Assembly (NCBI RefSeq): GCF_051474125.1
Contig: NZ_CP150338.1
Span: 9,350,583 to 9,414,582, forward strand
Direction of reading: 5' to 3'
Length of the DNA: 64,000 bases
Origin: Sorangium sp. So ce388
GTDB lineage: Bacteria; Myxococcota_A; Polyangia; Polyangiales; Polyangiaceae
Under the pieces are notes generated by a model. The model was not told the origin of the DNA, did not search any database, and saw nothing but the letters and a program-made list of their open reading frames with translations. Positions within the stretch are counted from its first letter, which is position 1. Each line of letters begins with the position of its first letter. Position numbers and translations under genes: made by a program. Of the stretch, positions 19,831 through 27,778 are shown in pieces.

Positions 19831-21360
19831 ATGAGAAAGAGCACCGCGGCGACCTTGGTCCTCCTGCTGTCCCCGTGGGCGATCGGCTGCGGAACTGCGC
19901 CCGGCGTGAACGACCCTGGCGTGACGCCTTGTGAAGGCACCTCGTGCGAGGACGAGCCGCCCCCGGAGTCGGTCTGCGTCGAGCACGTCGCCGCCGATAT
20001 CCTCGACGACGGCTGCGGCGTATTCGTCGCTGGAGCCTTGGGTGGGGGCGACGACAGGAACCCCGGCACGAAGGCGAAGCCGGTGTTCACCGTCGAGCGC
20101 GCCGTCGAGCTCGCGCGCACTGGACGAGGGCGCGTGTTCATCTGCAATGACGGATTCGTTGTGCATCAGATCAGGATGCCCTCCGGCGTGGACCTCCTCG
20201 GGGGCTTCGACTGCCGGAAATGGGTCCGCAGCGATCTGCCCAAGCGGTCCTCGTTTTCTCACGAGCGGGTCTTCGGCCCCATGGTGATCGTCGAACCCGC
20301 GGGGCCCGAGGACAGGGGGGCCGCGGACGGGGTATCGACGCTCGCCGATCTCTACGTTCGCTCGTGGGGCCCGGTCGGCGTGCTCGTTCAGTCGGGCACG
20401 GCGGTGGAGATCCTTCGGAGCGAGATCTCCGCCAGCGTAGGGGATGGAAACGGACACGGCGAGAAGTGGCCGACCACGCAACCGGACGGACCGGATGGCA
20501 TGTTCGGTGGGGACGCGTGCTCGGCGACCGTCGTCGCTGGCGGGCCTGCGGCCGTGAACCGGTGCGAGAGCGGGCTCACGAGCATCGGTGGCAAGGGAGG
20601 CGACGGGCTGCCCGACAGCGCCGAGGATGGAGACGATGGGGAGCCCGCCGACCTTTTGCCAGCCGCACGCGGTGGTAGCGGGGAGCGGGACAACCTCAGT
20701 TGCAGCAGCGGATCCGAGGGCGGCCCGGGGGCTCCGGGAACACAGGGCGCCCCCAGCAAGGGCATCGGGCGCCTCACCGAGACAGGATGGAAGGGCGACA
20801 CGGGCGGCGAGGGGACCTGGGGCACGCCGGGCCAGGGCGGCGGCGGCGGCGGCGGTCGCCGGGGCGGGCTCGCCGTGTGCGGCGTGGCCTCGAAGGGTGG
20901 CCCAGGAGGAGGCTCGGGAGGGGCCGGCGGTTGCGGAGGCCGCGGAGGCCGCGGGGGAGCGAACGGACAGCCGTCCATCGGCGTCCTCGCGCTTCACGCC
21001 CGAGTGACCGTGCGCGACACCAAGATCACGGCGGACGCTGGCGGCAACGGCGGCGACGGCGGGGAACCCCAGGACGGCGGCCGAGGCGGCCGCGGCGCAC
21101 CGGGCGGAACGCTGGGGGATGAGCTCGCCGCCTGCTTCGGCGGTCGGGGCGGCCAAGGAGGGCCCGGCGGCTACGGCGGACCCGGGCGCGGCGGCGACTC
21201 GATCGGCATCGCCTACATCGACGAGGACCAGCTCACGCTCGAGGGCGTCACCATCGAGACCGGGCAACCGGGCAAGGGCGGCACGAGCTGGAACTACGAT
21301 GGCAGCACGACGGTTGGAGAGAGCGGCGAGGCCCACGAGACGCTTCGCTTTCCGGAATAG
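19831..21360 (+). CDS. Lipoprotein Z2, paralogue of Z1 with a beta-helix module and Gly-rich C-terminus.
   Basis: ATG at 19831 after an AGGAGACG SD. Signal/lipobox MRKSTAATLVLLLSPWAIGC. Shares the CGVFVAGALGGGDDRNPGTKAKPVFTVERAV motif. Its last ~555 nt are repeated at 24606..25155. Confidence 0.65.
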   Translation: MRKSTAATLVLLLSPWAIGCGTAPGVNDPGVTPCEGTSCEDEPPPESVCVEHVAADILDDGCGVFVAGALGGGDDRNPGTKAKPVFTVERAVELARTGRGRVFICNDGFVVHQIRMPSGVDLLGGFDCRKWVRSDLPKRSSFSHERVFGPMVIVEPAGPEDRGAADGVSTLADLYVRSWGPVGVLVQSGTAVEILRSEISASVGDGNGHGEKWPTTQPDGPDGMFGGDACSATVVAGGPAAVNRCESGLTSIGGKGGDGLPDSAEDGDDGEPADLLPAARGGSGERDNLSCSSGSEGGPGAPGTQGAPSKGIGRLTETGWKGDTGGEGTWGTPGQGGGGGGGRRGGLAVCGVASKGGPGGGSGGAGGCGGRGGRGGANGQPSIGVLALHARVTVRDTKITADAGGNGGDGGEPQDGGRGGRGAPGGTLGDELAACFGGRGGQGGPGGYGGPGRGGDSIGIAYIDEDQLTLEGVTIETGQPGKGGTSWNYDGSTTVGESGEAHETLRFPE

Positions 21361-21403
21361 CCGCGGTCACGTCACGGAAGGACGGCGCAGATCTCCGCGA
21401 CGG

Positions 21404-22513
21404 CTATGAGTATGAGGAGGCGCCAGAATCCGCGTCGCCGAGCCAGCTATCGAGGAAGCACGAGGCCCAGGCGACCATGGCGGCCGGCGGCGCGCCCTGA
21501 CCGTCCCACGAAGCGACCAGCGCCTCGAGCTCGCGGATGGCAGCTTCGAGCTCGCGCTTGGAAGCGACTCCGCGCGGAGTCTTCGGCGGATCCATGAGCA
21601 CCCGAGTTTTTGCAAGCACGCTCAATATTTCCTCTTTGCGCAGGACCCCATCTGTTGTCACCCCCCCGAAGAAGGCGCCCTGCGCCTCTGGCATCAGGCT
21701 CCACAAGATGTTGTAGAGCGCCGCCAGTACCTTGAGGACTGCAACGAATCTTCCTGTCAGGTTGCTCGCATCAACGTCTACGCCAGGTGTCCGCACTTCA
21801 CCTGGCGAAGCGGGCACCCATTCCTGACCGACCGTAAAGAAGCAGTCGTAGAGTCTAGCCTCCCCGACGGTCCGCAAGTTCACCGTCACGTCCGGCACGA
21901 GCACGACGCCGACCTCAGGCGGCATGCGTTCACAACCGAAGGTCGCTTCGATATCGCGGGCTATCCACTCTACGTACGGCAGTTCGTCGGCCGATAGCTC
22001 GAAGTCGATGTACGACTCATTGAACGTGACACTCATTAGCCTTTCCTCATCCGAATTTGACACGAGCTCCGGATCGCGCGGACTTCGTGAGATGAAGAAG
22101 TTTATACCACCAAAGACAACCCTGAATCTCTCTGGCTGCCTCACAAACTGGACCAGGCGATAGCCATAGACAATATAGTAAGGAACGAGGAAACTAATTT
22201 TAAACCACAGCGTTCGGCCGTTGGCTGCGCTTGGTAGAGAAAACGAAAAAGAGTAGCAAGCGTCCAAGGACCCCGTAGGCAGGTGGAACGAATCGTTCAT
22301 GACAGCGCAATCAGGGAATCGCTCTTCGATCCGACGCAGCAACGCAGGCCAACGTTCGTCCGCTGCCGCGCGTCGCCGCGCGGCCACTAGACGGCCGTAC
22401 TCCTCGGTTTCCTTGTAGCGCTGAATGTCGTCTTGCTCGATCCCGTCAATCCCACGTGGGTGATATCTGTGGACAACGTCCAGCAGATCTCTAACACTGT
22501 GCTTCATAGCCAT
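21404..22513 (-). CDS. X1: cytoplasmic protein of unknown function (~370 aa). Candidate cognate/immunity partner of Y and paralogue of X2.
   Basis: No signal peptide. About 50% aa identity to X2 (25167..26282) over the full length. Low-GC (~48-52%) DNA. Start taken at MAMKHSV with an AAGGCGGA SD. Confidence 0.5.
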   Translation of the reverse strand: MAMKHSVRDLLDVVHRYHPRGIDGIEQDDIQRYKETEEYGRLVAARRRAAADERWPALLRRIEERFPDCAVMNDSFHLPTGSLDACYSFSFSLPSAANGRTLWFKISFLVPYYIVYGYRLVQFVRQPERFRVVFGGINFFISRSPRDPELVSNSDEERLMSVTFNESYIDFELSADELPYVEWIARDIEATFGCERMPPEVGVVLVPDVTVNLRTVGEARLYDCFFTVGQEWVPASPGEVRTPGVDVDASNLTGRFVAVLKVLAALYNILWSLMPEAQGAFFGGVTTDGVLRKEEILSVLAKTRVLMDPPKTPRGVASKRELEAAIRELEALVASWDGQGAPPAAMVAWASCFLDSWLGDADSGASSYS

Positions 22514-22615
22514 ACCGCTTCCGCCTTGAGTTCGGGCGCGAATGTTCCCCCCCCCTTTTCCGTCCCATCCCTGCCTCCTATTGACCTCGGGGGCGTCCAA
22601 GGATGCAGGGAAGGA

Positions 22616-23338
22616 TCAATTCATGAGCCTGGCACCTAGGCCCCTGTAATTTTCATCCTTCTCAAACCGTTGGCGCATCTCAGTCTTGAATTTCTCGCAG
22701 AATATACCAGGTGGAAGATCGGTAAGCCCTTCTTTGTAAAACCTTTCAGCTATCTGATTCGCCAGATCGGAACTGATGAACGCTGCCCTCTCCGCCGAGA
22801 TCTCTCCCCAAGCCCGACTTCGTAATGGCATCCCGATGTGAACCGTGCACGCGTCGACGCCTCGGTCACCTCGTCTGAACACTAACCCCGCCTTCGCTTC
22901 CTGCCAACCACCTGCGACGGTCCCGTCGTAAGCTACGATGGTGACAAAATTGAACTCCGACGGTCCGAATACCTAAATGTTGCAACCCATTTGCGGAGAG
23001 CCGCTCTGCTGGCATGGGTCTGTCGGGCTCGTCGGGCTGGCAGTCGGCCTATCCGAGCTGTCGCTCGGGCGTTCCTCTTCCTCTCCGTCTTCATCCTCCG
23101 TTTTGTTGCACTGGATCTTCTCCTTCTTGCCATCCTGCGGGCCTTCTGGCGGCTCCGCCCCGAAGGCCCCCGATGCGCCGGAGCTGAAGACGGGAACGGG
23201 CGGCCCGACGGGTCCACCTCCCCCCTCACCCTTCTCCCACTCCTCTCGGGGATAGCAGTCTCCCACCGTCCAGTTGCACGCCGATAGCACCCAGACGGCG
23301 ACAGCCACAACCAGCAGCAGACTTCTTTTTGCGTTCAT
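22616..23338 (-). pseudogene. Y1: lipoprotein gene disrupted by an in-frame TAG. The N-terminal 122 codons are identical to Y2 and the C-terminal domain is diverged.
   Basis: MNAKRSLLLVVAVAVWVLSAC... is identical to Y2 up to the linker. The reading then runs ...MGCNI-stop(TAG)-VFGPSEFNFVTIVAYDG..., continuing as ORF 22616..22882. That ORF is homologous (~45%) to the Y2 C-terminal domain. Confidence 0.5.
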
Positions 23339-23868
23339 TTTGCACCCCATCGAAGCACGGGACCGGCGGCGACAAGCACCGACCAATGACCTGGAAGCAC
23401 AAGGCTGCTCCCGCCGACCCAGTCCACATTGGCGCTCACCGACACGCCGAGCGGTCCGGCGACGTACGCGTTGGCTTGCGCATGCGCGCCCACCGCCATC
23501 CCGGCGACGCGCCCGCACAAGGCGCTGCCGCACGCCGGCATGAAGTAGATCGCGGGTGATGGCCCCGCGCTGACATCGCCGCTCTTCCACGCGTACCCGA
23601 CCGCGACGGACGTGTGATTGTACACGCCGGCCCCACCGATCTGGATGGGCGGCACGACGCTGCACAGATCGTGAACCCTGAACAGGAGCTCTCTCGTGAT
23701 GTGCCACGATATCCCCGCGTTCGGTCCCACCGTGAGGCGCCGAGCGGTGCCGGCCTGGATCCACCCGACACCCACGCCGGTGCTCAGCTCGGCCGCCTCC
23801 ACCTGCGCCGGAACGAGCGCGAGAGCGACCATCGCCGCCGATGGGAGCCGCCGGGATGTCGTCCTCAT
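23335..23868 (-). CDS. W1: small secreted protein (177 aa) with a signal peptide. It is Gly-rich and possibly an outer-membrane beta-barrel-like accessory protein.
   Basis: Signal peptide MRTTSRRLPSAAMVALALVPAQVEA. Alternating hydrophobic patterns are visible. It is identical to W2 and its stop overlaps the Y start. Confidence 0.5.
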   Translation of the reverse strand: MRTTSRRLPSAAMVALALVPAQVEAAELSTGVGVGWIQAGTARRLTVGPNAGISWHITRELLFRVHDLCSVVPPIQIGGAGVYNHTSVAVGYAWKSGDVSAGPSPAIYFMPACGSALCGRVAGMAVGAHAQANAYVAGPLGVSVSANVDWVGGSSLVLPGHWSVLVAAGPVLRWGAK

Positions 23869-24124
23869 CGCCTCCTTTCGCCTCCCAGCAACAGCCGAGC
23901 AACGTGACGGCGCGAGCCATTCTTCGGAATGTGGAATTGGGCGTCAAACGGAAACTGGGCGAGAACATCGCAATGGACGTGGGCAACCGTCCGAGGCGTG
24001 CACTGTTGCGCGCCCACCTGCGCGGCGCGAGTGCTTGCCAGCTCGATCACCGCGCTCGACCGGGACGCCGAGTGGCGATGGGGATCTGCCCAAGCCAGAA
24101 GGACCACGCGGTAAGAAGCGCCCT

Positions 24125-24605
24125 CCCCTCCTGCAGACCGGCCGCCCTCCTGCGCAACCTCGCCGTCCGCCTGCGCAGACCGGCCGCTCCTCCTGCGCAG
24201 GTCCGCCGCCCGCCAACACAGACCCGCCGCCTCTGCTGCGCCCCCCCGCCGCCCGCCTGCGCAGACCGGCCGCCCCTCCTGCGCAGCCCCGCCGCCCGCC
24301 TGCGCAAACCGGCCGCCCCTCCTGCGCAGCCCCGCCGCCCCTCCTGCGCAGCCCCGCCGCCCGCCTGCGCAAACCGGCCGCCCCTCCTGCGCAGCCCCGC
24401 CGCCCTCCTGTGCACCTGATTTCGTGAACTACGCTACAGTCGCGCGCCCCCTGCGCGGTCCGTTCTGTACCCTACACAACAAAATTGCGGCTCCTGCGCA
24501 GCCCCGCCGCCCTCCTGCGCCGCTCGTCGCCCCCTCCTGCGCACCCCCGCCGCCTTCCTGCGCAACCCAGCCCTCCTCCTGCGCAGCCCTTTCCGCGGGC
24601 GGCGA
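24125..24605. repeat. Array A: about 17 degenerate 21-22 bp direct repeats with a conserved CCTGCGCA core, plus a unique ~70-bp insert.
   Basis: Units such as cctgcgcagccccgccgcccg / cctgcgcaaaccggccgcccct recur with a two-helical-turn period. TGCGCA is palindromic. A unique AT-richer island (24413-24482: ...gatttcgtgaactacgctacagtcgcg...) sits inside. The array lies upstream of W1. Confidence 0.7.
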
Positions 24606-25155
24606 GGGGACCTGGGGCACGCCGGGCCAGGGCGGCGGCGGCGGCGGCGGTCGTCGGGGCGGGCTCGCCGTATGCGGCGTGGCCTCGAAGGGTGGCCCAG
24701 GAGGAGGCTCGGGAGGTGCCGGCGGTTGCGGAGGCCGAGGAGGCCGCGGGGGAGCGAACGGACAGCCGTCCATCGGCGTCCTTGCGCTTCACGCCCGGGT
24801 GACCGTGCGCGACACCAAGATCACGGCGGACGATGGCGGCTACGGCGGCGACGGCGGGGAACCCCAGGACGGCCGCCGAGGCGGCCGAGGCGCACCGGGC
24901 GGAATGCCGGAGGATGAACTCGTCGCGTGTTACGGCGGCCGGGGCGGCCAAGGAGGGCCCGGCGGCTACGGCGGACCCGGGCGCGGCGGCGACTCGATCG
25001 GCGTCGCCTACATCGACGAGGACCAGCTCACGCTCGAGGGCGTCACCATCGAGACCGGACGGCCGGGCGAGGGCGGCACGAGCTGGAACTACGACGGAAG
25101 CACGACGGTGGGAGAGAGCGGCGAGGCCCACGAGACGCTTCGCTTTCCGGAATAG
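24606..25155 (+). pseudogene. Z': 3' fragment of a Z2-like beta-helix lipoprotein gene (C-terminal ~183 codons only).
   Basis: About 95% nt identity to 20806..21360, including the stop. The ORF-track N-terminus (24424..24605) is translated repeat array, not a credible protein start. Confidence 0.55.
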
Positions 25156-25166
25156 CCGAAGTCACG

Positions 25167-26282
25167 TCATGGGAGATCGGCGCGGAGATCGGCGACCGAG
25201 TCCACGGGCCAACTCGCCAGGAAGCTGGAGGCCCAAGCGACCATGGCGGCCGGCGGCTCGCCTTCACCGTCCCACGAAGCGACCAGCGCTTCGAGCTCGC
25301 GCTTGGCCGCCATGGCGCGGAGAGTCTTCGGTGATTCGTCGTGCGGACGCATGCGCGCAAGCTCCTCCAGCATCTTGTCCTTGTGCAGGAAGCCGTCTGT
25401 AGACGCCGACCAATAAAGCCCAAACGACTGTCGATATGGCTCAGGCAACTTCAGAATCATCCTGGGCAAATCGAGCAGCATTCCGATCTGGTAGTGCGCC
25501 CGGAGCACGGTAAGCACCCCAATAAACCGAGCTGTCAAGCTGCTCGACTCAAGCGTCACGACCGCTCCTCGCTCTGGCGGCGACGGTTCCACCCACTGAC
25601 TATCTATGGTAAAAAGACAATCGTACAACGTCGCACCGCGCATGCCAACCACCACGCCCGGCACGAGAGTGGTACCGACCTCTGGTGGCATGGGCTCGCA
25701 ACCGAAGGTCGACTCGATGTCATGGGCGATCCACGTCGCGCAAGGCCGCTCGTCCGGCGCCAGATCGAAGGTGAGCTCATGCCGGGTGACGGTCGCGCTA
25801 TGTAGCCTCTCATCATACGGGTTCAGTACGAGATCGGGCCCCAGAGCACTTCGTGGAATGGAAAAATTGATACCATACGGAACCACGAAGCCGGCAGGCG
25901 GCCTAACAAGATCGATCATGCGATAGCTGTATACGACATAGTACGGAGCCAGAAAACTCACGTGAAACCAAAGCGTTCGACGGTCGGGTGCGTTCGGCAG
26001 ATCGACCGTGAACGAATAACACGCGTCACAGGCTCCGGCGGGCAGGTGAAGTGATCGGTTCATGAGTAGCACGTCAGGGAATCGCTCTGATATGCGACGT
26101 CGCATGGCATGCCAGCGTTCGTCCTTCGATGCTTGGATCCGCGCAGCGACGAGCCGAGCGTGTTCTTCAGTCTGTTCGCGCTGGGAGTCGTCCTGCCAAA
26201 ATTGGTTCGGGTCGGGACCGCCGATCCCACGGGGGAAATACCGGTAGACGACGTCCAGTAGTTGACCGACCGTGTGCTTCAT
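25167..26282 (-). CDS. X2: cytoplasmic protein of unknown function (371 aa), candidate immunity/cognate partner of Y2.
   Basis: Starts with the ATGA overlap on the Y2 stop (translational coupling). Low-GC DNA. About 50% identical to X1. Confidence 0.55.
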   Translation of the reverse strand: MKHTVGQLLDVVYRYFPRGIGGPDPNQFWQDDSQREQTEEHARLVAARIQASKDERWHAMRRRISERFPDVLLMNRSLHLPAGACDACYSFTVDLPNAPDRRTLWFHVSFLAPYYVVYSYRMIDLVRPPAGFVVPYGINFSIPRSALGPDLVLNPYDERLHSATVTRHELTFDLAPDERPCATWIAHDIESTFGCEPMPPEVGTTLVPGVVVGMRGATLYDCLFTIDSQWVEPSPPERGAVVTLESSSLTARFIGVLTVLRAHYQIGMLLDLPRMILKLPEPYRQSFGLYWSASTDGFLHKDKMLEELARMRPHDESPKTLRAMAAKRELEALVASWDGEGEPPAAMVAWASSFLASWPVDSVADLRADLP

Positions 26283-26992
26283 GACTTGTTGACCACCACA
26301 CCAAGTTTCTTGTATTGCTCCGCGAACGTATTCTTTACGTTCGTGAAAAACTCTGAGCAGAATATGCCAGGTGGCAGCGCAAAACGACCCGCCCTCTCCA
26401 TCTCACCTGCGACCATATTTGTCACTTCAGCGCTGTACATTGCCGCATTGTCAGCCGATATACCCCCCCAAAGGTGATTTCTTATAGGCATTCCAATGCG
26501 AAGAAAACACGCTGCTACGCCATCTTCTAGGTAGATGATCAATCCTGACTTTGCCTCCTGCCAACCACCTGCCACATCAGCCCCATCGTCGGCGACGATC
26601 GTGACAAACTTGAAATCAGACGGGCCGAACCGCTTACTTGCGCACCCCATGGTCGGAGCGCCGCTCTGCTGGCAGGGGTCCGGCGGGCTCGTCGGGCTGG
26701 CAGTCGGCCTATCCGAGCTGTCGCTCGGGCTTTCCTCTCCGTCTTCATCCTCCGTTTTGTTGCACTGGATCTTCTCCTTCTTGCCATCCTGCGGGCCATC
26801 TGGCGGCTCCGCCCCGAAGGCCCCCGATGCGCCGGAGCTGAAGACGGGAACGGGCGGCCCGACGGGTCCACCTCCCCCCTCACCCTTCTCCCACTCCTCT
26901 CGGGGATAGCAGTCTCCCACCGTCCAGTTGCACGCCGATAGCACCCAGACGGCGACAGCCACAACCAGCAGCAGACTTCTTTTTGCGTTCAT
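26279..26992 (-). CDS. Y2: intact lipoprotein (237 aa) with a signal peptide and lipobox, a G/P/S/acidic linker and a ~110-aa variable C-terminal domain. Candidate polymorphic toxin.
   Basis: MNAKRSLLLVVAVAVWVLSAC (LSAC lipobox). The start overlaps the W2 stop (ATGA). The C-terminal domain is FGPSDFKFVTIVADDG...LPPGIFCSEFF in ~50% GC DNA. The ORF-track upstream extension (to 27640) is an artefact. Confidence 0.55.
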   Translation of the reverse strand: MNAKRSLLLVVAVAVWVLSACNWTVGDCYPREEWEKGEGGGGPVGPPVPVFSSGASGAFGAEPPDGPQDGKKEKIQCNKTEDEDGEESPSDSSDRPTASPTSPPDPCQQSGAPTMGCASKRFGPSDFKFVTIVADDGADVAGGWQEAKSGLIIYLEDGVAACFLRIGMPIRNHLWGGISADNAAMYSAEVTNMVAGEMERAGRFALPPGIFCSEFFTNVKNTFAEQYKKLGVVVNKS

Positions 26993-27522
26993 TTTGCACC
27001 CCATCGAAGCACGGGACCGGCGGCGACAAGCACCGACCAATGACCTGGAAGCACAAGGCTGCTCCCGCCGACCCAGTCCACATTGGCGCTCACCGACACG
27101 CCGAGCGGTCCGGCGACGTACGCGTTGGCTTGCGCATGCGCGCCCACCGCCATCCCGGCGACGCGCCCGCACAAGGCGCTGCCGCACGCCGGCATGAAGT
27201 AGATCGCGGGTGATGGCCCCGCGCTGACATCGCCGCTCTTCCACGCGTACCCGACCGCGACGGACGTGTGATTGTACACGCCGGCCCCACCGATCTGGAT
27301 GGGCGGCACGACGCTGCACAGATCGTGAACCCTGAACAGGAGCTCTCTCGTGATGTGCCACGATATCCCCGCGTTCGGTCCCACCGTGAGGCGCCGAGCG
27401 GTGCCGGCCTGGATCCACCCGACACCCACGCCGGTGCTCAGCTCGGCCGCCTCCACCTGCGCCGGAACGAGCGCGAGAGCGACCATCGCCGCCGATGGGA
27501 GCCGCCGGGATGTCGTCCTCAT
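26989..27522 (-). CDS. W2: small secreted protein identical to W1.
   Basis: Identical translation to 23335..23868. First gene of the W-Y-X operon. Confidence 0.5.
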   Translation of the reverse strand: MRTTSRRLPSAAMVALALVPAQVEAAELSTGVGVGWIQAGTARRLTVGPNAGISWHITRELLFRVHDLCSVVPPIQIGGAGVYNHTSVAVGYAWKSGDVSAGPSPAIYFMPACGSALCGRVAGMAVGAHAQANAYVAGPLGVSVSANVDWVGGSSLVLPGHWSVLVAAGPVLRWGAK

Positions 27523-27778
27523 CGCCTCCTTTCGCCTCCCAGCAACAGCCGAGCAACGTGACGGCGCGAGCCATTCTTCGGAATGTGGAATTGGGCGTCA
27601 AACGGAAACTGGGCGAGAACATCGCAATGGACGTGGGCAACCGTCCGAGGCGTGCACTGTTGCGCGCCCACCTGCGCGGCGCGAGTGCTTGCCAGCTCGA
27701 TCACCGCGCTCGACCGGGACGCCGAGTGGCGATGGGGATCTGCCCAAGCCAGAAGGACCACGCGGTAAGAAGCGCCCT

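Larger units (their letters stand above)
20806..24605. repeat. Tandem duplication unit A (~3.8 kb): Z 3' end, then X1, Y1, W1 and repeat array A.
   Basis: Collinear with 24606..28340. Block 23040..24125 is ~100% identical to 26694..27779 (offset 3654). The Z 3' end is ~95% identical, whereas X and the Y C-terminus are only ~45-50% identical at the aa level. Confidence 0.7.

Noticed and set aside
23696-24427. ORFs of 190-243 aa within and across the repeat arrays (23696..24427, 23841..24419, 27350..28081, 27519..28406 -, etc.).
   Set aside because: Pro/Ala/Arg repeats generated by the array in all frames on both strands. They change frame with the 21/22-bp unit alternation and have no start context.
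24424-24605. ATG at 24424 as the start of a 243-aa Z-like protein.
   Set aside because: The first 60 codons are a translation of the TGCGCA repeat array (PAQPRRPP...). Homology to Z2 begins only at 24606, so this is a headless fragment.
26993-27640. ORF-track N-terminal extension of Y2 (453-aa version), and analogous extensions of 48616..52086 and 51074..57622.
   Set aside because: Upstream parts are Arg-rich junk and overlap the W gene in another frame. Bona fide signal peptides with lipoboxes begin at internal Met codons (26992, 51564). For the AAA-PilZ gene an SD-associated ATG is at 52001.
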